A DNA stretch of 64,000 nt, taken from the NCBI RefSeq assembly GCF_009914755.1, contig NC_060926.1; one strand, 5' to 3'. A program made the position numbers and the translations under genes. Shown here piece after piece: positions 1 through 13,611 of the stretch; positions within the stretch are counted from its first letter, which is position 1; the number at the start of each line of letters is the position of its first letter. The notes under the pieces are model-generated. The model worked only from the letters and a program-made list of their open reading frames with translations. It made no database searches and had not been told where the DNA came from. This stretch comes from the human T2T-CHM13v2.0 reference genome, Homo sapiens.

Positions 1-587
1 ATTGCAGTAAAAAAGTATGTTTAGTTCTGTGTTGTGCAGTTTTCTATAAATGATCTCAACAATGGGACTTCTTTCTGTGTAATACTTAATAGTATTGGTG
101 GGACTTTTGATCTTCAGAACACGTTCTGGGACACATGGCTTTACTCATTACTTCTGACTGGGAGAACTTATCTTACCCCAAATTTTTGGTGGCTATGTTG
201 ATTTGCCCTCTCTATGCCTTAAGTTCCCAGTTAATTAAAAAAATAGGGATTAAAGATACCAGTGGAGAAACAAAGCTATACTTCTAATGTAGCTCTTTCT
301 ACGGTTAATCAGTAAATGATGTAGCTAATATAGAAACCAGGGTAGACTTCACAGTTTATTGTAATTTAACTGCTAATATTTTAAATTCAATTTTCTTTTC
401 ATTGTAATGCGTCCAATTCCCCAATTTACATGTATACTTTTTACTCCAGATCGTGATTACTTTTATGTTTACTGTTTAACAGAGTCTTAGCAGCAGATAG
501 CCTATTACTTTCCAAATATGACATAATAAATTGAATGATAGACCTGAGTCCCTCCCCCACCCCCCACCCTCCATCTTTTTTCCTTAG

Positions 588-746
588 GAAGAGGCTCTGC
601 GTCGCCAGCGGGAGCAAGAAATTGCATTAAGGCGACAGCGAGAAGAGGAAGAAAGACAGCAGCAAGAAGAAGCTCTTAGAAGACTGGAAGAGAGGAGAAG
701 AGAAGAGGAAGAAAGGCGGAAGCAGGAAGAATTGTTACGCAAACAG
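588..746 (+). CDS. GIGYF2: GIGYF2 internal coding exon (EEALRRQREQ...EELLRKQ), E/R/Q-rich coiled coil
   Basis: Pyrimidine tract + TAG acceptor at 585-587, CAG|GTGACC donor, 159 nt, phase 0/0, open frame matching GIGYF2. Confidence 0.96.
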
Positions 747-930
747 GTGACCAGATGGTTTTGTCTTCTAATTGTTCCTTTGAAGCTGGGAATTAGTGAT
801 TTAGAAAATATTAGGACATTAAGGTAGCCTATCTAAAATTTTTTCAGGTTGCTAAAAATTAACCAAAAGAAACCTAACTGGCTCTTATTACTTCTGTCTA
901 AATTTCTTCAAATGAAAACCTGTTTTCTAG

Positions 931-1372
<442 letters not shown>

Positions 1373-1553
1373 ATCACCCAGCAATAATTTCTAACGTAAT
1401 GATTTTCATGTATGGTATGAGATGAGGCTATGATTTCATTCTTCTGCCTGTGGATATCTAGTTTTCCCACCACCATTTATTAAAGAGACTGTTCTTCATT
1501 GTATGTTTTTGGGATCTATGTTAAGGAGCGTAAATGTATGGATTTATTTCTAG

Positions 1554-1870
<317 letters not shown>

Positions 1871-1941
1871 GTCTTTTTGCTTTCTTGACAGTGTTCTTTG
1901 AAACACGTAAATTTTTCACTTTGACAATGTCCAATTTATCT

Positions 1942-2256
1942 TTTTATTTTACTTATTTACTTACTTACTTTCTTATTTTAAGACAAAGTCTCGCTCTGTT
2001 GCCCAGGCTGGAGCGCAGTGGTGCCATCTTGACTTACTGCAGCCTCTGCCTCCCAGGTTCAGGCAGTTCTGCCTCAGCCTCCCGAGTAGCTGGGACTACA
2101 GGCATGTGCTGCCACGCTCGGCTAATTTTTGTATTTTTGATAGAGATAGGGTTTCACCATGTTGGCCAGGCTGGTCTTGAACTCCTGACCTCAGGTGATC
2201 GCTTGCCTTGGCCTCCTAAAGTGTTGAGGTAGAGGCATGAGCCACCGCGCCTGGCC
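1942..2256 (-). mobile_element. AluS
   Basis: Antisense dimer; TSD AATGTCCAATTTATCT on both sides. Confidence 0.9.
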
Positions 2257-3158
2257 AATAATGTCCAATTTATCTATTTTTTTTCTTACAAGTTGTATAC
2301 TTTTAGCTCTTACTTTTAGTTTGGATTCCTTATATTCTCAGTACATGTCCTTTGTTAGATAAATGTTGTGCATACTTTCCTCCAGGCTATAGCATGTCTA
2401 TTTATTTTCCTAGGGGGATCTTTTGATAAGCAGAGATTTTTAATTTTGATGAAATCCTATTAAATTTGTCTTTTATTAGTGTTTTTTTGTTTCTATGTAA
2501 GAAATACTTGCCAACCTACAGATTATTAAAATATCTCCTGTATTTTTTTTAAAGCTTTATAGTTTTCGTTTTACAAATAGTTTGAATTGTTTTTTCTGTA
2601 TGATATGAGGTATGGGTTGTTCCAGTGCCTGTTTTTGCAAAGTCTTTACTTTTTCTATTGAATTTTTGATGCTTTTGTCAAAGTCAATTGTATAAATATT
2701 TTTTTTTTTTTTTTACTGGACTCTTCCCTTTTCTTCCATTGATAAGTTTGCCTGTCCTTAAATGAGTACACACTGATTTGATTACTACTGTACCTTTATA
2801 GTAACAGAAGTAAGTCAGTATGTCTTCCAGCTTTGCCTTTTTATTCAAGACTGCTTGACTAAGATCTTTTGCCTTCCTATTAAAATTTAAAATTATCTTC
2901 TTAATTTCTGTATAAGTAAAAGCCTCCTGTGGTTATGATATGGATTGTGTGGAATCTAAATTGAAGAGAATTCACATTTTAAGATATACTGAGGCTTCCA
3001 GGCAATGAACATGGTATAACTTTCCATTTGTTTATGTTTTCCTTGTTTTTTCTCAGTACCATTTTGTTTTCGTTATACAGGTTATGTACATCTTTAAAAA
3101 ACTGATTTTTTTCTTTTTTGCTATTATAAGTGGAATTTTAAAAGTTTATTTTCCAGCA

Positions 3159-3452
<294 letters not shown>

Positions 3453-3994
3453 TTATTTTCCAGTTCTATGGAATTGGAATTGCCAGTTCTATAGAAATGG
3501 AATTGATTGGTTTTCATATATAGATCTTATATTCTGACACCTTGTGAAACTCAACTTAGTACCTCCAATAGTATTTTTGTTGATTCCTTAGGATTTTCTA
3601 TGGAATCTTATTGATAAATAGGAGCAGTTTTAATTCTTCCTTTCCAACCTTGGATAGAAGTGGTTAAAATGTATAATAGCCTTATTTCCAGTATTGGGGT
3701 GAAAATGTCCGGTATTTCACCATTAAATATATTGATAGTTTTTCATAGGTATCCATTATCCAGCTGAAGAAGTTTCTTTCCAGTCCTAGTTTACTGAAAG
3801 TTTTTCAATGAATAGATACTGAGGTTGTAAAATGCTTTATCTGCATTGATTGATGATCATTTAGTTTTTTCATTCTGCTTATATGGTGAATTATTAATAT
3901 TAATATTAATAACTGAGTTATTAATAACTGAGGTTTGAAGGTTAAGTCAACTTTGTGTTCCTGGATTACCACCCTACTTGATACATATGTTAAC

Positions 3995-4066
3995 CTAATT
4001 TGGTACTGTTTTGTTAAGAATATTTGCATCTAATTTGGTACTGTTTTGTTAAGAATATTTGCATCT
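3995..4066. repeat. Perfect 35-bp tandem duplication
   Basis: CTAATTTGGTACTGTTTTGTTAAGAATATTTGCAT x2 (3995-4029, 4030-4064). Confidence 0.95.
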
Positions 4067-4099
4067 GTGTTCATGAGGGAGAGATAGGTCTACAATTTT

Positions 4100-4408
4100 C
4101 TTTCTCTTTTTCCTTTCTTTCTTTTTTTTTTTTTTTTTATTGAGATGGTCTCACACTGTCACCCAGGCTGCAGTCTTGGCTCACTACAGCCTCAACCTAC
4201 CATGCTCAGTCAAGCCTCCCACCTCAGCCACCTCAGTAGCTTGGGCCACATGCTCATGCCACCACTCCTGGCTAATTTTTTTATTTTTTGTAGAGATATG
4301 GGGTCTTGCTGTGTTGCTCAGGCTGGTCTTGAATTCCTGGACTCAAGCAGTTTTCTTGTCTCAGCCTCCCAAAGTGGTGGGATTACAGGAGTGAGCCACC
4401 GCAACCTG
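4100..4408 (-). mobile_element. AluJ
   Basis: Diverged antisense dimer. Confidence 0.85.
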
Positions 4409-4542
4409 ACCTGTAATTTTCTTGTAATGCTTTTGTCCCCTTTTGGTGTTAGGTTTATACTGGCCTCTTAAATTGGAATGTGATACTTTCATTGTTTTCC
4501 GAAAAAGTTTGTGTAAGATTGGAATTATTTCTTCATTGAATA

Positions 4543-7500
4543 GAGGCATACCTCATTTTATTGTGCTTCACTTTCTTGTGCTTTGCATGTATTTCATTTT
4601 TTACGAATTGAAGGGCTTGTGGCAGCCCTGCATCGACCAAGTCTGTTGGCCAGCAGCATGTGCTCACTTTGTCTCTGTGTCACACTTCGGTAATTCTTGC
4701 AATGTTTCAGATTTTTTTTACTGTTATATCTGTTACGGTGATCTGTAATAAGTGATTTTTGATGTCACTATTGAAATTGTTGTGGAGTGCCGTGAACTGT
4801 GCCCATGTAAGGCAGCAAACTTAATCCATACCTATAGTGCATGTTCTGACTATTGACTGGCTATTCCCTGTCTCTCTTCCTCTCCTTCGACCTCCCTATT
4901 CGCTGAGACACATCATTATGGAAATTAGGCCAATTGGATAACCTACAATGGCCTCTAAGGGTTCAAGTGAAAGGAAGAGTCATGTCTCACACTTTAAATT
5001 GAATGCTAGAAATGATTAAGCTTAGTGAGGAAGGCATGTCAGAAGCTGAGATAGGCCAAAGGCTAGGACCCCCTGTGCCAGTTAGCTAAGTTGTAAATGC
5101 AAAGGAAAAGTTATTGAAGAAAATTAAAAGTGCTACTCCAGTGAACACATGAATGACAAGAAAGCCAAACAGCCTTATTGCTGATATGGAGATAGTTTTA
5201 GTGGTCTGGATAGAAGATCAGACCAGCCGCAACATTCCCTTAAGCCAAAGCCTAATCCAGAACAAGGCCTCAAAACTCTCTTCAATTCTGTGAAAGCCGA
5301 GAGAGGTGATGAAGCTGAAGAAGAAAAGTTTGAAGCTATCAGTGGTTGGTTCATGAAGTTTAAGGAAAGAAGCCATTTCCATAAAATAAAAGCACAAGGT
5401 GAAGCAGCTAGTGCTGATGTAGAAGCTGCAGCAAGTTATCCAGATGCCCTACTTAAGATCATTGATGAAGGTGGTTGCACTAAACAACATATTTTCAGTA
5501 TAAATGAAACAGCGTTCTACTAGAAGATATTATCTAGGACTTTCATAGCTAGAGAGGAGAAGTCAGTGCGTGGCTTCAAAGCTTTAAAGGACAGGCTGAC
5601 TCTCTTTTTAGGGGCTAATGCAGCTGGTGACTTAAAATTGAAGCCAGTGCTCATTTACCATTCTGAAAATCCTAGGGTCTTTAAGAATTATACTAAATCT
5701 ACTCTGCCTGTGCTGTATAAATGGAACAGCAAAGCCTGGATGACAGCACATCTGTTTACAGTGTGGTATATTGAATATTTTAAACTCACTGTTGAAGACC
5801 TACTGCTCCTTTCAAAATATTACTGCTCATTGACAATGCCCCTAGTCATCCAAGAACTCTGATGGAGATGTACAAGGAAATTAATGTTGTTTTCATCCAT
5901 GCCAACATAACATTCATTCTGCAGCCTGTGGATCAAGGATTAATTTTGATGTTCAAGTGTCATTATTTAAGAAACATACTTCATAATGCTCTGTGTGTCA
6001 TGGGTAGTGATTCCTCTGATGGATCTGGGCAGAGTAAATTGAAAACCTTCTGTAAAGGATTTGCCATTCCAGATGCCATTAAAGAACATTAGTGATTCAT
6101 GAGAGGAAGTCAAAATGTCAACATTAATAGAAGTTTGGAAAAAGTTGATTCCCACCCTCATGGATGACTGTGAGGGGTTCAAGACTTCAGTGGAGGAAGC
6201 AACTGCGGATGTGGTGGAAATAGCAAGAGAACTAGAATTCAGAAGTAGAGCCTGAAGATGTGACTAAATTGCTATAATCTCATGGTAAAGTTTGAATGTG
6301 TCAGCAGTTGCTTCTTATGGAAGCAACTACTTCCCATATGCAAATAAAGAAGTTTCTTAAGATGGCATCTACACCTGGTGAAGATGTCGCGAACATTGTT
6401 GAAATGACAACAAAGGATTACATAAACTTAGTTGATAAAGCAGTGGCAGGGTTTGAGAGATTGACTCCAATTTTTTTTTTAATTAAGTTCTAGGGTACAT
6501 GTGCACAGCATGCAGGTTTGTTACATAGATATACATGTGCCATGTTGGTTTGTGTACCCATCAACTCGTCATTTACATTAGGTATTTCTCCTAATGCTAT
6601 CCCTCCCCCAGCCCCCCACCCCTCGACAGACCCTGGTGTGTGATGTTCCCTGCCCTGTGTCCATGTGTTCTCATTGTTCAACTCCCACCTGTGAGTGAGA
6701 ACATGTGGTGTTTGGTTTTCTGTCCTTGTGGTAGTTTGCTTAGAATGATGATTTCCAGCTTCATCCATGTCCCTGCAAAGGACATGAACTCATCCTTTTT
6801 TATGGCTGCATAGTATTCCATGGTGTATATGTGCCACATTTTCTTAATCCAGTCTATCATTGATGGACATTTGGGTTGGTTCCAAGTCTTTGCTATTCTG
6901 AATAGTGGCTGAATAAACATGTGTGCATGTGTCTTTATAGTAGCATGATTTATAATCCTTTGGGTATATACCCAGTAATGGGATCGCTGGGTCAAATAGT
7001 ATTTCTAGTTCTAGATCCTTCAGGAATTGCCACACTGTCTTCCACAATGGTTGAACTAATTTACACTCCCACCAACAGTGTAAAAGCATTCCTATTTCTC
7101 CACATCCTCTCTAGCATCTGTTGTTTTCCTGACTTTTTAATGATTGCCATTCTAATTGGCGTGAGATGGTATCTCATTGTGGTTTTGATTTGCATTTCTC
7201 TGATGACCAGTGATGATGAGCATTTTTTCATATGTCTGTTGGCTGCATAAATGTCTTCTTTTGAGAAGTGTACAAAAGCCAAAATAGACAAATGGTATCT
7301 AATTAAAGAGCTTCTGCACAGCAAAAGAAACTATCATCAGAGTGAACAAGCATCCTACAGAATGGGAGAAAAAGCTTTGCAATCTACCCATCTGACAAAG
7401 GGCTAATATCCAGAATCTGCAAAGAACTTAAACAAATTTACAAGAAAAAAACAACCCCATCAAAAAGTGGGCAAAGGATATGATTGACTCCAATTTTGAA

Positions 7501-8127
7501 AGAAGTTCTACCCTAGATAAAATGCTATCAAACAGCATCACATACTGCAGATAAATCTTTCATAGAAAGTAGAGTCAGTCAATGCAGCAGACTTCACTGA
7601 TGTCTTATTTTAAGAAATTGCTACAGTCATCCCAAGCCTTCAGCAACCACCACCCTGATCAGCAGCCATCAACATCAAGCCAAGACCATCAAAAAAGAAT
7701 ACAACTCCTGAAAGCTCAGATGATTGTTGCATTTTTTTAAGCAACAGATTTTCAATGTAGGTGAAACAGCCTTCTAATAAAAGAAGATATCATCTAGGAC
7801 TTTCTTAGCTAGAGAGGAGAACTCAGTGCCTGGCCTCAAAGCCTCAAAGGACAGGCTGACTCTCTTGTTAGCGGTTAATGCGGCTGGTGACTAAGTTGAA
7901 GCCAGTGCTCATTTACCATTCTGAAAATCCTAGGGCCCTCGGGATTTTCAAGGTATAGACATTGTTTTTTAAGACATAATGTGGTTAAACACTTGATAGA
8001 CTACTTTAGAGTATAAACATTTATATGCACCGGGAAACCAAAAGTTTTGTACGACTTGCTTTATTGCGATCTTCACTTTATTGCAGTAGCCTGGTACTGA
8101 ACCTGCAGTATCTTTGAGGCATGCTTG
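4543..8127 (+). mobile_element. Near full-length Tigger1 (TcMar-Tigger) with decayed transposase, interrupted by L1PA
   Basis: TIRs GAGGCATACCTC / GAGGCATGCTTG after TA; ATGGCCTCTAAG start at 4948; CENP-B HTH/DDE peptides ([40 protein letters not shown]) broken by stops and frameshifts. Confidence 0.93.
6475..7481 (-). mobile_element. 5'-truncated, 5'-inverted L1PA insertion
   Basis: Antisense L1 3' end 6475-7271, sense-oriented segment 7272-7481, 16-bp TSD GATTGACTCCAATTTT at 6459-6474 and 7482-7497. Confidence 0.93.
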
Positions 8128-8737
8128 TGTTTGATAGAGTTCACCGTTGAGACCATCAGAGCCTAGTGTTTTCTTTGTGGAGAGATTTTTTATAAAGTTC
8201 AGTTTCTTTGAATTATGTGGCTAATCGGGTTGTTTTATCAGTGTTTGTAATCTGTGTCCTTTTAACAAAGCTGTCAAATTCAATGGCACAATTTTATTCA
8301 TTGTTATTCTTTTTATGCTTGGTTGGTAGCAATAGTCCTCATTTTATTCTGCATATTGGTAGTTTGTGTTCCGTTTATCAGTCTTTTGAAGGATTGAACA
8401 AAGAACCAACTTTTGGCTTTGTTACTTATTTATCTTTTCGTTGATTCCTGCCACACAGTTATTTTCTGTCTTCTACTTTGAGTTGAATTTGCATCTTTTT
8501 CTAGTTTCTTAAGACAAAAATTTAGATAATAAATTTTAAACCTTTCTTCCTTTTTAATAAATACATGTAAAGCAATATATTTCTCTCTGAGCATTACTTT
8601 AATTACGTGTCACACTTTTTAGTATGTTGCATTCTTTATTATTTAGTTTAAAGCACTTTTGAATATTTTTGTAATTTCCACTTTGGCTTATGAGTTATTT
8701 GAGAATGGGTTATTTAATTTCCAAGTATTTGGGAGCC

Positions 8738-9042
8738 TTTTCTTTTCTTTTTCTTTTTTTTTGAGACAGGGTCTCACTCTGTCACCCAGGCTGGAATACA
8801 GTGGTATAGTCACAGCTCATTGCAGCCTTTATGTCCCTGGGCTCAGGTGATCCTCTCACCTCAGTCTCCTGAGTAGGTGGGACCACAGATGTGTGCTACC
8901 ACACCTGGTTAATTTTTGTTTTTGAAGACATAGGGTTTCGCCATGTTGCCCAGTCTGGTCTTGAACTCCTGGGCTCAAGCAGTCAGCCTGCCTTGGCCTC
9001 CCAAAGTGCTGGGATTACAGGCATGAGCCATGGTGCCTAGCC
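8738..9042 (-). mobile_element. AluJ
   Basis: Antisense dimer. Confidence 0.88.
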
Positions 9043-9196
9043 CCTTACTTATATTTAGTTCTAACTTAATTATGTTGTAGTCAGAGAACACAATCTGTAA
9101 GATCCCAATTTTTAAAAATTTATTGACTTTTTTTTTTTTTTGGTTCAGTATATGTCTTGTCTTGGTGAATTATTCCATGTGCATTTCTGGGTGGGG

Positions 9197-9661
9197 TTTT
9201 TTGTTTGTTTGTTTGTTCGTTTGTTTGAGTCCAGGTCTCACTCTGTTGCCCACAGTGAAGTGCAATGGTGTGATCATAGCTCACTGCAGCCTAGAACTCC
9301 TTGGTTCAAGCTATTCTCCCACTTCAGCCACCAGAGTAGCTGAAACTACAAGCATATACCACCATGCATGGCTAATTTTTTAAAAAGTTTTTATAGAGGC
9401 AGGGTCTTGGCTGGTCTGATGGTAGTGGGTTATCAGAATTTATTAAAATTATTAGTGTCACTGAAGTTAGTATACAACCCCCCACTGCTGAATCTAACTA
9501 GTTTTTTTAAAAAGGAAACAAATTTAAAAATATATACAGTGTGTAGAGATGGGGTCCTGCTGTGTTGCCCAGGCTGGTCTTGAATTCCTGGCCTCAAACA
9601 ATCCTCCTGCCTCAGCCCCCCAAAGTGCTAGAATTATAGGCAGGAGCTACCAAGCTTGGCC
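9197..9661 (-). mobile_element. AluJ split by a Y RNA retrocopy
   Basis: Right arm and linker 9197-9408, left arm resumes at 9544. Confidence 0.85.
9409..9508 (+). pseudogene. Y4 RNA (RNY4) retropseudogene
   Basis: GGCTGGTCTGATGGTAGTGGGTTATCAGAA...TAGTGTCACTGAAGTTAGTATACAACCCCCCACTGCT...TTTTTTT matches recalled hY4 end to end; A-rich tail follows. Confidence 0.92.
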
Positions 9662-10704
9662 TCCTACATTTGAAAAGAATGTGTATTTCTCAATTGTTGA
9701 GTGTAGTGTTTCATGAATGACAATTAGGTCAGGGTGGTTGGTAACATTTAAATATTTTATATCCTTAATTAATTTTTATCTAGTTGTTATATTGATTCCT
9801 GGGAGAGATGCTAAAATTTTTTCAAAATTAGCCATGCATTTTCATCTTAAGAAAACAGATGCTAAAATCTGAAACTGCAGTTTTTGATTTGTTCATTTCT
9901 TCCTTTAAATGTTAGTATTTGCTCTTGTGTCTTGAGGCTCTATTACTACTTGCATATACATTTATATAGTTCTGTCTTCTTAGTGAACCTTTTATTGTTA
10001 CGAAATGTTCCTATTTACCTCTGATTGTATTCCTTGTCTTAAAGTCTATTAAATTGACGTTAAGGTTGCCATTCTAGTAGTCTTTGGTGTTTGCACGGTA
10101 TATATTTTTTTCCTTATTCCATTTTTGTATGTATCTACTGATTTTTATAATAAAAAAATTGTATAAGGAACATTCTGAATGGTAGATGATAGAGATTATG
10201 CATTCTGATTTGTTCCTTTAGAGAGAGTTTAGTTCTGGCTGGCAGTTACCTTGGTCAATTCAGTCTTCAACATTGCACTCCACTCATGGTAGAGCAGCAG
10301 AAATCTCTAATCTCAGTTACTGAGTTTTTCCAGCTTCCAGCTGCACCTTTTAGCTTGATCCCGAGGTCTACTTCATGCCTGTAGTTTATGAGCCAGCCAA
10401 GGATTTCTAGAGATTTGGGGGCTCATCTCTTTCTGGTTCCCTTCCTTCTGATGGTCCCCCTTCCAAATTTCCCCCCCAGGTTAATGTCTGCTTCTTTATC
10501 CCAGAACTCTCTCTTTTGACCACCAAAACTGCTAGTAACACTTTGAGCCCCTTGCTGGTGAATGGGGGAGTGCCCTTAGGCAAAACATAAATAAAAATCT
10601 TACATGTATTTTTTCAAAGTTATGCTTTCTGATTAGTAGACAGTTGACAGTAGACAGTTGGCAGGCAGGGAAAGGTAGACTCTTCTTTGATTTCTCTCTG
10701 GTGT

Positions 10705-11037
10705 TCATTCATTCATTCATTTGTTTGTTTGTTTATTTATTTATTTATTTTTATTGACAGTGTCCCACTCTGTCGCCCAGGCTGGAGTGCAGTGGTGTGA
10801 TTATAACTCACTACAACCTTGAACTCCAGGGGCTCAAGCGATCCTCCTGTCTCAGCCTCTCAAGTACCTGGGACTGCAGGCACATGCCCCATACCTGGCT
10901 AATTTTTACTTTATGTTTTTGGAGACAGGAGTCTCACTGTATTGCCCAGTCTCATCTCAAATTCCTGACCTCATGTGATCCTCTCACTTCAGCTTCCTTA
11001 GTAGTTGGGATTACAGGCACAAACCACTGGGCCTGGC
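10705..11037 (-). mobile_element. AluJ with TTCA/TTTG/TTTA microsatellite tail
   Basis: Antisense dimer. Confidence 0.85.
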
Positions 11038-11189
11038 TCAGTATACCTGTTCTTTTTTTCGTTTTTAGTTCATTGATGTTTAGTTCAGCTTTTATAATTA
11101 CATGTGTGACAGTTGGTCCAACCATGGTACTCTGTCATTATAAGAAACTAGAACCCCCAAATCATTTTATTTAATGTTTAAGACATAGA

Positions 11190-12030
11190 TTTTTTTTTTA
11201 TTGGTAGACTTTATTTTCAGAACAGTGTTAGATTTTCAGAGAAACTGGGAATATAATACACAGAGCTTCCATATTTCCCCTTGCACACAGTTTCCCCTGC
11301 TGTTAATATCTTACATGAGTATGGTACATTTGTTACAACTAATAAACTGGTGCTAATGCATTATTATTAACTAACATCCATTGTTTATTGAGATTTTTAA
11401 AGCTTTTCCCTAATGTCCTTTTTCTGTTCCAGGATTCCATTCAGAATATCGTATTAGCTGGGCACAGTGGCTAACACTTGTAATCCCCACGACTCAAGAG
11501 GCTGAGGCAGAAGGATCGCTGAGGCCAGGAGTTCAAGAACATCCTGAGCAACATAGCGAGACCCTGTCTCTACAAAAAAAAATAATGATAATAACTTGTA
11601 AAAAAGAGAATATCATATTACATTTAGCTGTCATGTCTCTTTAGGCCCTTCTTGGCTATGACAGTTTCTTAGACTTCCTTGTTTTTGATGACTTTGACAG
11701 TTTTAAGAAATATTGGTTAGTATATTATAGGGTACCCCTTGATTGGAATTTATCTGAAGTTTTTCTCATGAATAGACTGGACTATGGGTATTTGGGAGGA
11801 AGATCACAGAGGCAAGGTGGCATTTTCATCACATCAAATCAAGGGGTACACGTATTGCCAACAGTGTTTGGGACTGCTGATGTAGACCTTGATCACCTGG
11901 CTGAAGTAGTATTTGCCAGGTTTCTCCACTGTAAGTTACCTCCCCCCTTACTACTGTAAGTAGTACTGTAAGTCAGGACTGTACTGACTCCTTGGAAGTC
12001 ACTCTGTGCAGTCCACACTTAAGAATGTAG
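11190..12030 (-). mobile_element. L1MC (L1MC4-like) 3' end, interrupted by a sense Alu monomer (~11456-11590)
   Basis: GGTACATTTGTTACAACTAATAAAC...GACCTTGATCACCTGGCTGAAGTAGT; monomer flanked by AGAATATC(G/A)TATTA. Confidence 0.75.
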
Positions 12031-12294
12031 AGTTTTGCTTACTTTTGCCTGTGTTCTAAATTGAGATTTTTTTTCAGAAACCTAAATTCTGTTAGACATA
12101 GATAGCTTCCAAGTTACATTGTGTGTTGATTCATTCTTTGGTTTATTCATTTAACAGTTAACATGTTTAGTTAATGTACTACATGCCAGTTACTGTGCTT
12201 GTTTTCTGGTGGAGTATAAGACTTTTTAGGAAATTGTTTCTGTCCTCAAGAAGCACAGCCTATGTGTGTGATGAATATACAAGAAGTAAGCGCC

Positions 12295-12720
12295 ATCATT
12301 AGGATACTTTCAGCTCCAAAATAAAAATACCCATTTAAGGTGGCTTTAATAATAAATGAAATTGTTGCCTCACACTCTAAGGAGGTCTGCCCATCAGCCT
12401 GTTGTACACTTGCTTCAGTGATTCAGTGAATGCCATTAAGTATTTACGGCCTTTGCATACTCCTCCTCTGCCATTTCCTGGTGTGTTGACTTTTGAGTTC
12501 AGATGTTTCACGTCATGGTTAAGAGTTTTGGATATCACAGTGTGTGCAACCTGTATCCAGACAGGAAATGGCCCTTCTCTCATGCTTTCTTCCTTTTATC
12601 TGGGAAGAATTTCTTCCTTAGAGGTCTCCCAGTAGACATCTCTTTGACCCCAGTTGGATCACATGGCTACCCCTAGTTAACACTGGAAGCTTAAAAGCAA
12701 AATCTGACATTTTAAACCTC
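12295..12720. mobile_element. Ancient LTR (LTR33/ERVL-like)
   Basis: TTAGGATACTTTCAGCT...GGTGGCTTTAA...GGATCACATGGCTACCCCTAG. Confidence 0.5.
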
Positions 12721-13611
12721 TGATGTGGCAGGAGGCTTTGTCTGCAAGGAATAAGCCTGACAAAGGTAGTGGTTATTGGATAGGTAGAAACAGGAGCTGC
12801 CATAGGTGGACTAGAAGCAAATAGATAAGGACAGGGTATAGTTGACCTTAATCAAAAGGCAAAGGTGAAGTATACCTCCTAAAGGCTAGGCAAGTCTCCG
12901 AGTGGCTGACTTCTATCTGACCTACGTTTTAAAGAATGAAGTAGAGGAATATGATATGGGTAAGACAAAGCATTGCAGACACAGCAGACTCCAAAGATGA
13001 AGGGAATTTCTTAGTGAAATGAGTTCCGCAGGGCACAATGGAATGGTTTTGAGGGAAGGAAGCAGAAGGAAAATGAGCCCAGGTGAGGGCAAATGCAGTA
13101 GATGGTAGAGGACTGGTTGAGGAGAGATGTTCTGAAGGGCCTGTGGGCCACAAGGGGCAAGAGCCAGGGATGGAATTCTGTGGTCTTGGAAAGTTGCTTT
13201 GGTTCCAGAACTGGCTGGTGCTTTCATGGTAATCAGCATTCTTAAAAGGTATTGGTAGCTCTTAGCGCTCAGCACCCTGAAAGGCCTGCTCACCTCACAT
13301 GTTGGAGCAGTGTTTCCAGGAGACTTTCCTGTAGTTGATGGTGAGCTGCTTCGAGATCAGAGCTTTGACTGCACATGTTTACAATGACAGTCCTTTAATT
13401 AAAATTTCATCCTGTAAGCATACCAGGCCTTTGTGGCTACTATAAATATATTTTAAAAGAAAGGTTACTTCTACCTTGCATCATCATGAACAGAGTTTCT
13501 GCTTTCTCTGTCATCTCTATAGCCATTTGACAGAAGCTTTCAAAAGTGAGTCAGATTTTTCCCCCCACAATTAATAAAATTTTTATATCTTTAATTTTTC
13601 CTTCTGGAAAG

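Noticed and set aside
5290-6493. Tigger transposase ORFs as a possible domesticated TIGD-like gene
   Set aside because: Multiple stops and frameshifts plus an L1 insertion; a fossil.
6490-7324. L1 ORF2-like peptides ([14 protein letters not shown])
   Set aside because: Fragments of a truncated ~1-kb L1PA.
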